64,000 nucleotides of DNA, from contig RFSE01000001.1 of assembly GCA_009924135.1 (NCBI GenBank), positions 4,518 to 68,517 of the forward strand, written 5' to 3'. The translations under genes were made by a program, and so were the position numbers. Under the pieces are notes generated by a model. It made no database searches. It saw only the letters and a list, made by a program, of their open reading frames with translations, and was not told the DNA's origin. This stretch comes from Pseudomonadota bacterium. Its GTDB lineage: Bacteria > Verrucomicrobiota > Verrucomicrobiia > Limisphaerales > SXTU01. This document shows, piece by piece, positions 45,301 through 54,262 of the stretch (position 1 is the first letter of the stretch; every line of letters starts with the position of its first letter).

Positions 45301-46523
45301 CCACGAATGCGACGGGCTTCCCGCTGTCGGCTGCCCGCGCTGACTTCTTTCCGAAGGTGGACTGGTCGCGCGCGGGCATGGCGTTTCAGGTGGACCAGTC
45401 GCCGGTGAAGGCGGGGGCGGAAGTGCTGGCGAAGGCCGGGCCGCATCCGGCCATTGTGAGCGGCACGTTCGGCGCGGGCCGCGTCGTGGTGGTGCTGGTG
45501 AATCCGCATGGCGACCCTGCGAAAAACACTTTGTCCTATTGGCAATCTCCGGAATGGCCGCGCGTGCTGGCCGCGTGTCTCGCGCATCTGGCGAAGGGAG
45601 CCGACACCGTGGCCGCCAAGACCGCCGCCAAGCGTGCGCTCGACAAGAAGAAGGTCATTCCCGACGACCTCATGCTGGACGCCTCCAGTCTCGCCGCGCC
45701 CGAGCTGGCCAAGCGCCTGCGCAGCGCGCGGGACAACATCGTGGACACCGAGACCGCCCAGACCGTCCTGCGCGTGGCCCTCGACAACAAGGTCACGGAC
45801 ACGGAGCTGCTCACCGCCGTGGTGGAGGCGGCCGGGCCGTTCATGGACGCAAGCTTCGCTCCGCTGGGCGTGCAGATGGCGCAGAGTGATCTCGATGTAT
45901 TGAGACGCGTCGGTTATCGCGTGCTGGGTTTGGCGAAAAACAAGTCCCACCGCGCCCTCGTGGAGAAGGGCTTGAAGGAGCAGAACGTGGAGTGCATCCG
46001 CGCTGCGTTGGTGGCGCTGGGAGAGATTGGCGATCCCGCTGCGGCCGCCGGGGTCACGGAGTATTTGGCAGGCGGCAGCGAGAAGCTGCTCGCCGTGTCC
46101 GTGTTGCGCCGGTTGGGGGCGGCTGCGGATTTTGCCGCATCGCTCGACCACTACGCGCACGCCTTGCGCCGGCTCACCGAATTGCACAGCGGGCGGAAGT
46201 CGGTGTTGAACACGCTCTACGGTGGCATGGCCTTCAGCCTTACGCCGGCGCAACGCCGGCTTGCGCAGAACGAGCTGCGCACCGTGCAGGACATGGAGGC
46301 GCGGGCGAGGTTTGACAGTGCTTATTTCGCGGCGAGCCTCGGCAAGCTTAACGATGCCGAGTGGCGTGCGTTCAGCACCTTCCTGGCGCAGACAAAGAAC
46401 GCGGCCGTCGCGCCGCTCGCGCACGCGACCTTCGCCAAGCTGCCCAAGGACCAGACGAAATCATGGCGGGCAGAACTGGCCAGGGCGCAGTTGCCCCAGA
46501 TCCGGCTGTTGGCTGAAGAGTAA
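42336..46523 (+). CDS. 1395-aa secreted multidomain protein (CBM-like N-terminus, TIM-barrel-like middle, GATase1-like domain, C-terminal HEAT repeats)
   Basis: Signal MLTLRRMPPLRYLGALFLTTLTLAAA. The motif NDVLVLDNVQAVDLGAQRRTMIADFVRAGGGLLVMGG is typical of non-catalytic class-I glutamine-amidotransferase-like (DUF1355/ThuA-type) domains. HEAT-like NVECIRAALVALGEIGDP. The antisense ORFs are R/G/P-rich. Confidence 0.65.
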   Translation: MLTLRRMPPLRYLGALFLTTLTLAAADKPQLLEAEDHKPKAAVVYADARASGKKSVIALLPAGGRVFEFTKELPAGDYVATAWLEAVPASLLHTLAVTFKADGAARVIDQAQLDARPGFRPFQLRFFHPGGKAAITLDAAGKSGFDQMRASPGDAEKGVAAALDIDESTSGKQKKADANRDELSELLEGAKSADSLKLTDLRVACDRVELTLLRSAPAAVGSVTVDKIHYAPGEPVSAKAELLGGSTGGEFTVRAEVVTELDAAREVFTTNIKLSPGERKELRFQFKLTEVEFGHELRCALIAGGKEMHSNSEYFGVSRNVYRVGITGRNVGQSTRGLTPERAAEVMNANQRAYANYFECFAWAPCDYSDLTPKTEEFVSGQTQYPGSVAGMKLQIAEAHRHGIKAITYGKACGAGISGFLTYQQHPEYFGHAYGSGPASEQFSTFLLERMQENDYNFNRPSDGGWRHWASLWTRFDFNPAVDFGADELARSAAMFGWDGVRWDGHFVGNQRRCIERLNTARPGYVHGYNSAFANCGSALFLPPDQTDFHDIAKDHGLIMDESVRGHSRYGDGAMRSFYEGICREADYVKRIGGLPLFITFDMGSKQDVTWNVLSGLAAGQRYTYLTSPGDYAFGSLPKFLTRYSAVVWDDTALVADAAKYFQVALSPGSPTNAAVWFDQSTWLRKLPDGRQQVLLHLLNCPGYRNFAQRVQTPPTWLSNVTVNAKLPAGAKLARAFHVSPDLVEGHQVLTPKTEGEAATLVLPEVKLWSVVVLEFAGGASYALTAPVEAASKHFAEEMKKKEHEAQLAAEKAKAGIGTPVAAPAATKPPYADFDREFNADPEVLAQHFKNFTRPAAPTLRRNGIVDVHHARGAFAWLNPVDIAVQLAGGGNYTPSWVDRVGFRLGLGGSMEDFPDSYDALFENDVLVLDNVQAVDLGAQRRTMIADFVRAGGGLLVMGGWCNLSQGADRNTSLAELLPVTIAKAGNLATNATGFPLSAARADFFPKVDWSRAGMAFQVDQSPVKAGAEVLAKAGPHPAIVSGTFGAGRVVVVLVNPHGDPAKNTLSYWQSPEWPRVLAACLAHLAKGADTVAAKTAAKRALDKKKVIPDDLMLDASSLAAPELAKRLRSARDNIVDTETAQTVLRVALDNKVTDTELLTAVVEAAGPFMDASFAPLGVQMAQSDLDVLRRVGYRVLGLAKNKSHRALVEKGLKEQNVECIRAALVALGEIGDPAAAAGVTEYLAGGSEKLLAVSVLRRLGAAADFAASLDHYAHALRRLTELHSGRKSVLNTLYGGMAFSLTPAQRRLAQNELRTVQDMEARARFDSAYFAASLGKLNDAEWRAFSTFLAQTKNAAVAPLAHATFAKLPKDQTKSWRAELARAQLPQIRLLAEE

Positions 46524-46563
46524 ACGGAATTGCCATTTCCGCCGCTAACCGTATAACGCCGCC

Positions 46564-48975
46564 GTGTTCCGCCTTCTTTCGCTCCTGCTCGCGCTGGCTT
46601 CGGCCACCGTTGCCTTTGCTCAGGGAGATGCGCCACGGATTCGGGGGGCGCAGACCGGGTTTAGCGGACAGTTCCGCAACCGGCATTGGACCCAGCTGGT
46701 GGTGGACATCGAGAACCCCGGCCCGGCGCGCACGGGCTTGCTGGTCGCCGAGACGGAAGGGGCATTGAGCAAGCAGCGGGTGCAGTTCACCCGTCCGGTG
46801 TTTCTGCCGGCGCAGTCGTACCGCCAATTTGACCTGCCCATTCTCCCCGACCTGCGGCCACCGCAGCAAGCCAACCGGTTCGACCGGGTGGTGAACGTGC
46901 GGCTGACGGACGGCGGGGCGCAGACGTGGAGTCAGAACGAGAGTATCGGCAGCCAGGTGCCCGAGGACGCCTTCTTCCTGTTGATTGCTGATTCGGGCTT
47001 TCTGGGCTATCGCGCCTTGCGGGAGATGACCATCGGGTCGGAAAAGCGTGTTTTCGCCCGTGGCCAGACATTGCCCAAGAATCTGCCCCGTCGGCCGCTG
47101 GAACTGCGCGGCTTCGATGCCTTGGTCCTTGGCGGACTGGCCGAGACTGAGCTCACGCCGCTGCAACAGCACGCCTTGCAGGATTTCGTCGCGATGGGCG
47201 GACACCTTATCGTGCTGCCCAGTGCCGCGCCGGGGATCGGTAAGACGCTGGCGGAAGTGATGCCCGGGACGTTCGTTTCGACCCAGCGCGTGGAGACGTT
47301 GCCGCTGGTGGCGGGTGAATTCATTTTCACCAACGGAGTGAACGTGGCACGGTTGGTGGCCGAACGTGGTGAGGCCACGGCGGGCACGCGGGACCGGCCC
47401 TGGGTGCTGACCCAGACGGTCGGGGCAGGGCGGGTGACCATGCTGGCATTTGAGGCTGGCATTGAGGAGTTCAATGTGTGGCCGGGAGCGAAAGACTGGT
47501 GGCGTGAGTTGATGGGGGGCTCGCCGCAGTTCCTGCATCACGCGGATCGGCTGCTCACCCGCGCGCCCCAAACTGAACACGTACTGGCCAGCCTGTCGGG
47601 CATCAAGGTGCTCGCGCGGCAAAGCGTGATGCTGTACCTCGCCGGGGTCAGTGGGGCGCTTTTGCTGGTGCTCGGCGGGTTCCGGTTCACCGCGCGACCG
47701 GAGCGTGGGTGGGCCGTGGCGGCGGGACTGGCGCTGCTGCTGGGCATCGGGGCGGTCCTGATGGCCGCCCGATGGAAGGCCACACCCGAGCCGTTCCTCA
47801 ACGAAGTTTACGTGGCCACGGCGCGCAGTGGTGAGGATACGGGGCGTGTGCAGGCGGCGCTCGGCCTGTTTTCACCAGCGGAGCGGTCGTTTCATTTGCG
47901 GACCGCCACTGACCGGGACTCGCTCACACCGGGCCGCAGCGCGTTGACGCCGCCGGAACTGCTGCGGGTCGGCTACGAGGCTCAGTTGTCGTTGAGCAAT
48001 CTCGCCGTGCGCGCGGATGACCTCCGCACCTTCATCGGGCGGGCACCCCTGGCGACGCTGCGGGCGCCAACGGTGCGCATGCGGGTTGGCGCGGACGGTC
48101 TGTACCTGGTGCTCTCGAACCGGTCGGAGGCTTCGTTGTCCGGTGCGTTCGTGAAGTTCAACCGCTTTGTCGTGCCGCTGGCCGAAGTGTCCAAGGGGGC
48201 GCAGGTCGAGAAGGCGGGGCTCCGGGTGAATGCGCTGACGGATTCGACGGAGCTGCTTCGCACCGCCCGCCAACTGGAACGTGAACGGCTGCGCGAAGCC
48301 TTGTTTCCCGCGCCCATTTACTCCGGTGACTCGAGGATGACCTATGACGAACGCCGGTTTCAAAAGTTGCTGCGCGGCCGCGAGCCCCAGCCGGTGCTGT
48401 TCAGTTGGAGCGATGCTCCGGCCTTTCCGCTGGCGGCGATCGAGCCCCCTGCTGCCCGCCGCGCTGTTGGTCTGTTGGCGGTCGAAGGCTCCGTCGAGTA
48501 CGCCGGGCCATCGCTGCTCTTGCCTGCGGGGGTGATGCCGCTCCAGCTCCGCAATCTGGACGCGTATTCATTCGAGCGGAGCGAGGGGTGCTTCGCGGGC
48601 GGGCGGCCGGGGCAGATGTTTGTGGAGTTCGTTCTGCCGGCGGGCTGCCCGGCGGTGAACGCCCAGGAACTGGCGGTTCACTTTGAGTTTCGTGGCGCGG
48701 CGTTCCAGCCGGAGTTTTACGTCGCGGCCGGCGACTTCGCCATCGAGGGCGAAGTGGCGAAGTTGTTGCCCCGCATGGAAAAGCTTGCCTCCACGGCGCC
48801 CGTGCGCGTGCCTGATCCCGGGCGTTTCCTGCGGGCGGGCGGGCGCAGTGTCATCGTGGCCGTCAACGTCACCCATTCCGCCGAGGGCAAACGGCTCGAC
48901 CATACCATGAACCAGAGCCTCCACACCTGGCAGCTTCGCAACCTTGACCTCGAACTGAAGGCCACCACGCCATGA
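46564..48975 (+). CDS. 803-aa membrane protein, possible GldG/ABC_transp_aux-like accessory component
   Basis: GTG start followed by the signal MFRLLSLLLALASATVAFAQ. Motif FDALVLGGLAETELTPLQQHALQDFVAMGGHLIVLP. Two central TM helices (VMLYLAGVSGALLLVLGGF and WAVAAGLALLLGIGAVLMAA). Confidence 0.6.
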   Translation: MFRLLSLLLALASATVAFAQGDAPRIRGAQTGFSGQFRNRHWTQLVVDIENPGPARTGLLVAETEGALSKQRVQFTRPVFLPAQSYRQFDLPILPDLRPPQQANRFDRVVNVRLTDGGAQTWSQNESIGSQVPEDAFFLLIADSGFLGYRALREMTIGSEKRVFARGQTLPKNLPRRPLELRGFDALVLGGLAETELTPLQQHALQDFVAMGGHLIVLPSAAPGIGKTLAEVMPGTFVSTQRVETLPLVAGEFIFTNGVNVARLVAERGEATAGTRDRPWVLTQTVGAGRVTMLAFEAGIEEFNVWPGAKDWWRELMGGSPQFLHHADRLLTRAPQTEHVLASLSGIKVLARQSVMLYLAGVSGALLLVLGGFRFTARPERGWAVAAGLALLLGIGAVLMAARWKATPEPFLNEVYVATARSGEDTGRVQAALGLFSPAERSFHLRTATDRDSLTPGRSALTPPELLRVGYEAQLSLSNLAVRADDLRTFIGRAPLATLRAPTVRMRVGADGLYLVLSNRSEASLSGAFVKFNRFVVPLAEVSKGAQVEKAGLRVNALTDSTELLRTARQLERERLREALFPAPIYSGDSRMTYDERRFQKLLRGREPQPVLFSWSDAPAFPLAAIEPPAARRAVGLLAVEGSVEYAGPSLLLPAGVMPLQLRNLDAYSFERSEGCFAGGRPGQMFVEFVLPAGCPAVNAQELAVHFEFRGAAFQPEFYVAAGDFAIEGEVAKLLPRMEKLASTAPVRVPDPGRFLRAGGRSVIVAVNVTHSAEGKRLDHTMNQSLHTWQLRNLDLELKATTP

Positions 48976-49934
48976 TCGTCACCGACGCACTCACCAAGAC
49001 CTACGGCGATGTCCTGGCGCTGGACAGCTTGACGCTCAACATCGAGGCGGGGGAAATCTTCGGCTACATCGGGCCCAACGGCGCGGGCAAAAGCACGACC
49101 ATCCGCATCCTCTCCGGCTTGATGCGGCCCACGAGCGGCAGCGCGACGGTCGCGGACGTCGATGTGGTGCGGTATCCGCAGGAAGCCAAGCGCGTGGTTG
49201 GCTATATGCCTGACATCTTCGGCGTGTATAACGGCATGCGGGTGTGGGAGTATCTGGACTTCTTCGGGGCGGCGTACCGGCTTTCGAGAGCGGTCCGACA
49301 GACGCGCATCGAGGAAGTGCTGCACGTCACCGGCACGGATGGCATGCGCGATTACTTTGTGGACTCGCTCTCACGCGGCATGCAGCAGCGGGTCGGCATC
49401 GCCCGCGCGTTGATTCATGATCCAAAGGTGCTGTTTCTGGATGAGCCCACGTCCGGCCTTGATCCCCGCGCCCGCATTGAGATGCGGGAGTTGCTCAAGC
49501 ACCTCAAGCAACTGGGCAAAACCATTCTGGTCTCGTCGCACATCCTGCCCGAGCTGGCGTCGGTCTGTGACCGCATCGGCATTCTCGAACAGGCGCGCCT
49601 CCTCCTGTGTGATCGCATGGAGGCGGTGCTACGGCAGGTCGAACAGCGTCGCCTCATCGAGATCGAAGTGCTCGGTGACCCGGCGCAGGCCGGCGCGTTG
49701 CTCACCGCCCAGTTTTCCGCGCCGAAGCTCGAAGTGACCGAGACGGTTGGCCGGTTGCTGCGGTTGTCCTTCGCGGGCGAGGATGACGAAATCGCCGGGC
49801 TGCTGGGCCTGCTCATCCAACAGGGCGTTGGGGTCCTGTGGTATCGCGAGGCACCGCTCGATCTGGAAAACCTCTACATGAAGGTCACGAAGCAGGCCAA
49901 GGCCGGCACCCGGAGGAGTGACGATGCTGAATAA
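48972..49934 (+). CDS. ABC transporter ATP-binding protein (ABC-2 type)
   Basis: Walker A GPNGAGKST, signature LSRGMQQR, Walker B VLFLDEPTSGLD. The start overlaps the upstream stop (ATGA at 48972-48975). Confidence 0.92.
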   Translation: MIVTDALTKTYGDVLALDSLTLNIEAGEIFGYIGPNGAGKSTTIRILSGLMRPTSGSATVADVDVVRYPQEAKRVVGYMPDIFGVYNGMRVWEYLDFFGAAYRLSRAVRQTRIEEVLHVTGTDGMRDYFVDSLSRGMQQRVGIARALIHDPKVLFLDEPTSGLDPRARIEMRELLKHLKQLGKTILVSSHILPELASVCDRIGILEQARLLLCDRMEAVLRQVEQRRLIEIEVLGDPAQAGALLTAQFSAPKLEVTETVGRLLRLSFAGEDDEIAGLLGLLIQQGVGVLWYREAPLDLENLYMKVTKQAKAGTRRSDDAE

Positions 49935-51564
49935 CCCCGTCCTGCTCCGCGAAGTGAGAAGCGCGCTGCGTTCGCCGCTGGCGCTTGCCCTGGCGGCGCT
50001 CTACCTCGGCGTCCTCGCCACGCTCGTGTGGTGGATGTGGCCGCAGGAGGGCGTTTACTCCGCCACGGCGCGGGCGTCGCGCTCGCTCCTGCTGGTGTGC
50101 GGTGTCGCGCAACTGCTGCTGGTGATCCTTTACGCGCCCGCGTTTGCCGCGACGGCCATCACCGCCGAGCGGGAGCACAATACTTACGACCTGCTCTTCG
50201 CCACGCTGCTGCGGCCCTGGGAGATTGTTGCGGGGAAGCTTTGCTCATCCATCATCGTGCTGCTGCTCTTCGTGTTGCTGTCGCTGCCCATCTTCGCGGC
50301 ATGTTTCTTCCTGGGTGCGGTTTCCGTGCGCGAGGCGGCGGCGATTTATCTCATCACGGCGGCAAGCAGCGTGATGTTTGGGCTCCTAGGCCTGTCGGTC
50401 AGCGCGGTGGCCCGGAACTCGCACCTGGCACTGGTGGTCACCTACGTGCTGTTGCTGCTGTTCACCGCCGGTCCGTGGGTGCCGGGCTTCCTGCTCGAAC
50501 AGAAACCCTGGGCGGCGCAGTTCATCCAGCAGGCCCGCGCGTTTAGTCCGCTCGGCGCGATGGCTTCCGTGATTCTGCCGGCCTTCGATCCGGCCGGGGC
50601 CTGGAAAACCTATCTGACCTATTGCTCCGTCACTTCGGTGATCCTGGTGGGCTTCCTGGTGCTGCGCGTGCGTGGCGGCAGCCGGCGGGACGCTGCGCGG
50701 GCCTCGGGCACGCTGCATGATGCGGAAGATTTAACCCGGCGACGGTTGAGCTTTCCGTTCTACCTCGTGGACCCGATGCGCCGGCGGCAGTGCATTCCCG
50801 ACTGGCTGAATCCGATGTTTGCGAAGGAGCTGCGCAGCCGGGCTTTCGGCGGTGGCCAGTGGATTTTCCGGGTGGCGGCGGCGTGCTTCGGACTGTCGAT
50901 GCTCATGATGATCGGCGCGGTCGGCAATCTCGTAGGACCAACGCCGAATCTCATCCGCTCGGTGGCGCTGGTGTTCCAGCTTGGTCTCATTGTGTTGATC
51001 GTGCCTTCGCTCACGGCCGGGGCGATTACGCAGGAACGCGAGCGGGGGAATCTCGAACTGCTGCGGATGTCGCGGCTCGGGGCCTTTTCCTTCCTCGTCG
51101 GGAAGGTCGGGGTCGCACTGTTGTTCGTGGCGTTCCTTTTGCTGGGGACAGCGCCGGGCTGGTTTGCCATTCATTATCTGGAGATCAACACCTTGCGCGA
51201 AATCCTTTACGCCTGGGCGGTGATTGGTACGACGACACTCTTCGCGTTGTCCGCCGGCTTGTGCGCGTCCGCGCTGGCCCCGCGCACGCCGATTGCGACT
51301 GCGCTGGCCTACGGCGTGACGTTCCTGGCGGCGATCGTCACGCTGCTGCCGCTGTTGACCGCAGACCAGCTCTCACTACGGCTGCGCGAGATGATCCTGG
51401 TGCTGAACCCGTTTGCCGCGTCGTTACAGGTGCTCACGCGCGGCGTGTTCGACGATCTCGGGGTGCTCTGGCAGCGCCACGCGTGGCGGGCGCTCGGGGT
51501 GTCCGGGTTGTTTCTAACCGTTGCATTCGTCCGCCTGCGCTGGTTGCTCGCCCCGCAAAAATGA
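49924..51564 (+). CDS. ABC-2 family permease, fused double-length form (~12 predicted TM helices)
   Basis: Highly hydrophobic 546 aa with two similar halves. Overlaps the ATPase gene by 11 nt (17 nt if the GTG at 49918 is used). Confidence 0.75.
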   Translation: MLNNPVLLREVRSALRSPLALALAALYLGVLATLVWWMWPQEGVYSATARASRSLLLVCGVAQLLLVILYAPAFAATAITAEREHNTYDLLFATLLRPWEIVAGKLCSSIIVLLLFVLLSLPIFAACFFLGAVSVREAAAIYLITAASSVMFGLLGLSVSAVARNSHLALVVTYVLLLLFTAGPWVPGFLLEQKPWAAQFIQQARAFSPLGAMASVILPAFDPAGAWKTYLTYCSVTSVILVGFLVLRVRGGSRRDAARASGTLHDAEDLTRRRLSFPFYLVDPMRRRQCIPDWLNPMFAKELRSRAFGGGQWIFRVAAACFGLSMLMMIGAVGNLVGPTPNLIRSVALVFQLGLIVLIVPSLTAGAITQERERGNLELLRMSRLGAFSFLVGKVGVALLFVAFLLLGTAPGWFAIHYLEINTLREILYAWAVIGTTTLFALSAGLCASALAPRTPIATALAYGVTFLAAIVTLLPLLTADQLSLRLREMILVLNPFAASLQVLTRGVFDDLGVLWQRHAWRALGVSGLFLTVAFVRLRWLLAPQK

Positions 51565-53033
51565 AACCGACCTTCTTCATTTGGAGCGCCCTGTGCTGGG
51601 TGGTTCTCGTGGCCTGCGGAACCTCACCCGACGCGTCGGCCCAGTCCAGTCCAGCAACGAACGGCGCCTGGGTTCCGGTGATCATGCATCCAGTCAAGGA
51701 TGCGGGCACCGTCGAGATGCTGCGCGCGGCCCTCAAGGAGCCCGATCCGGTCGTGCGCGAGCGTGCGCTGGAGGCCCTCGCCATTATTCGCGATGGAACG
51801 GCGGGGCAGGGTGTGCGGCCGGTGGCTCCTGCGGGGGCCGTATCGCTGGCAGAGGCGATGCGCGGTTCGAACACGGTTGCCTTGGTGCGTGCCTTGCGCA
51901 GTCTGGATGGCGAAGCAGCCCGCCAGGAATCGAAGGTGTTGATCGGCCTGTTACGCCGGCCGGAGGTGGTGGTTCAAGAAGAGGCCGTGCGGGCGATTCA
52001 CCGGGGGCGGGTCGCCGCGGCGGGCAGTGAGCTGATCACGCGCTTGAACGAGCCCGACGAAGGGCTGCGGTTGGCTGCGAGCGAGGCGCTGGCCGCAATG
52101 TTTGACCAGGTTCTTCGGCCTGAGTTGATGGCCGGCATGGTCCAACGGCTGGAGGTGGACCCGAGTTCGCAAGTGCGACGGGTGGCAGGGCTCGCGTTGG
52201 TGGCGCTGCAGGACACCCCGGCCCGCGATGCCTTGCTGCGTCTGCTTAAGCATGAGCGCGGTGTGACGCGGGCTTCGGCCGCAGCCGCTCTCGGAGCTTG
52301 GGGTGATCCGGAACTGGCCGGGACCCTGCATCCGCTGCTGGCCGATCCGGCGGATTTGGTGGCGCGCAACGCTGCCCATGCTCTCGGTCAATTGCGGAAT
52401 CCAGCCTCCAAGCAGCCGTTGATCGCCGCCTTCAAAACGCGCAGCTCGGTGGTTCTTGAACGGGCGGCTTGGGCACTCGGCGAGCTGAAGAGCACCGAGG
52501 CCGTGCTCACGCTGATTGGTCAACTGGGGACGACGGACGAGGCCTTCAAGGTCGCCCTGATTATCGCCCTGGGGAAGACCGGTGACAAACAGGCACTCCC
52601 GCCACTCCGTCAGGTGCTCCAGAATATCGTGCTCACAAACAACCTGCCGAAGGCGCGCGAGGCGGCGTTTATCGTGCTGACCGACGCGCGGGACAAAGTG
52701 GCCATCCCCCGGGCGGTTCAGATGGTGACGACGCCCGTGGTGCCGCCGGTGCCCGGAGCCGGACCAACCTTCGATGAGGACTTCGTACGGATCGCGGCGT
52801 TGCACTATCTCAGCACGGTGGGCGATCGGACGATCGGGACGGCTTTGCTGGCCAAAGACCAGTGGTATGCCCCGCGCGGTTTACGAGCTGAGCTGGCTGC
52901 CACTTTGAGCAAGCTGCTGGGACAGGCTTACCGGCCGGTTGCCGACGAGGATTACCGCCGGTACTTTGTCGAGACGATCACGCCACGTGCACCAACAGCC
53001 CTGCCGCCCCTTGGCGTCGTGCGGGGGCCGTAG
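51561..53033 (+). CDS. HEAT-repeat lipoprotein
   Basis: Lipobox MKPTFFIWSALCWVVLVACG. At least 7 HEAT/PBS-lyase-like repeats (DPVVRERALEALA, VARNAAHALGQL, VVLERAAWALGEL and others). The ATG overlaps the permease stop (ATGA at 51561-51564). Confidence 0.75.
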   Translation: MKPTFFIWSALCWVVLVACGTSPDASAQSSPATNGAWVPVIMHPVKDAGTVEMLRAALKEPDPVVRERALEALAIIRDGTAGQGVRPVAPAGAVSLAEAMRGSNTVALVRALRSLDGEAARQESKVLIGLLRRPEVVVQEEAVRAIHRGRVAAAGSELITRLNEPDEGLRLAASEALAAMFDQVLRPELMAGMVQRLEVDPSSQVRRVAGLALVALQDTPARDALLRLLKHERGVTRASAAAALGAWGDPELAGTLHPLLADPADLVARNAAHALGQLRNPASKQPLIAAFKTRSSVVLERAAWALGELKSTEAVLTLIGQLGTTDEAFKVALIIALGKTGDKQALPPLRQVLQNIVLTNNLPKAREAAFIVLTDARDKVAIPRAVQMVTTPVVPPVPGAGPTFDEDFVRIAALHYLSTVGDRTIGTALLAKDQWYAPRGLRAELAATLSKLLGQAYRPVADEDYRRYFVETITPRAPTALPPLGVVRGP

Positions 53034-53144
53034 TGTGCGGTGGGGTAATGGGCAGAAGGAACGCGTTTCGCCCCACCAATGGCAGTAAGTACTTCCAAGG
53101 CCGACCTAATCCGGGCCGGCTAGTTCAAACGCTGGCCGGAAGCC

Positions 53145-53945
53145 CTACTTCTTCTTGACCATGGGCCGGGCGGTCGCGCGTTGCTGCTGTTGTTGTTGCG
53201 TCTGGGCGAGCTTGTTCTGTTCAGCGGCGATGGCCTGCTGTTGCTGCTGCAGGGCCGTGTTGGCGGCCAGCACCTTGTCCTGCGCCGTCTTGGCGGCGGT
53301 GGCGGCTTCGGTTACGGAGGCATCCTTCGCGAGTTCCGCTGCGGCCTGCCGCTGCAGCGTGGTCAGCTCGGCCTGGGCGGCATTCATGTTCTTACGGGCT
53401 TCCTGAAGGGCGGTGTCCCCATCCACCCTGGCCTTGATGATGTCCGTCGGGCCGCGGAGGATTTTGGAAAGTTCCTCGGATTGCTTGCGGCGATCTTCGT
53501 CGGACAGGGCCTTGTCCTCGCGTACGGCGTTGAGCTTTTCGCGGGCGACGTCGGCATCTTTCACCGCCTGTTGATATTCGGGGGAATCCTTTGCGGCCTT
53601 GGTCAGTTCCTTCGACAGCCGGTCAGCCTCCGCGCGGGATCCATTGAGGTCGCCCTGCACCTTGGGCAGGCCCAATTTGGCGGCGATGGCCTGATAGGCA
53701 TTGGCCCGGACCTGGGTCAGGTTTTGGATGGCTGTCTGGGCCTCCTTTTGGGCATCGGCGATGGCCTTTTGATCTGCCTGAAGTTTGGTCTGCGCGGCAG
53801 CGATGGCTTTCTGCTCGTTGGCCACGGTGTTGGCCGGAGTGGCGGCCGACACGGCCGATGACTGGCCCAGCAGGGTGGCGACACAGAGGGATGACAGACC
53901 CAAACCACCAACGCGGAGGAAAGCAACAAGGTTCTTCATAGGCAT
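53145..53945 (-). CDS. secreted Ala/Gln-rich coiled-coil protein
   Basis: Signal-like N-terminus. Heptad-like A/Q/K/E-rich sequence throughout, with a poly-Q tract near the C-terminus. Confidence 0.55.
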   Translation of the reverse strand: MPMKNLVAFLRVGGLGLSSLCVATLLGQSSAVSAATPANTVANEQKAIAAAQTKLQADQKAIADAQKEAQTAIQNLTQVRANAYQAIAAKLGLPKVQGDLNGSRAEADRLSKELTKAAKDSPEYQQAVKDADVAREKLNAVREDKALSDEDRRKQSEELSKILRGPTDIIKARVDGDTALQEARKNMNAAQAELTTLQRQAAAELAKDASVTEAATAAKTAQDKVLAANTALQQQQQAIAAEQNKLAQTQQQQQQRATARPMVKKK

Positions 53946-54262
53946 AGCTTCGTTACAGACGCAGCCGCCATCGAAAAGGTTTCATGCACAGGCTGCTTGG
54001 ACTGGCACCCTAATGGGATTGAAAAGTGGCGCAAGGTAAAACTGGGGGGCTGTTTAACACCCCGGACCCCGTCGTTGTGTCGTGCGGGACCGGCCGAAGC
54101 GGGGCCCCGTCCTCAAAACGGCGCGAGGGGGGCCATTCCCATTCACCACGCCGGGCAGAGGCCGTCATGTCCTCAGGGGGCAAATCCGGGGGGAAGAAAG
54201 GAAGTAGCGGCCTGCCGTCGACACTCACGATTGAGATTGAGCTGACTTCCGGCAAACGGGGT

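Noticed and set aside
53999-54016. Sigma-54-like TGGCAC-N5-TGGG motif
   Set aside because: The -12 element does not match TTGC, and there is no downstream plus-strand gene for it to drive.
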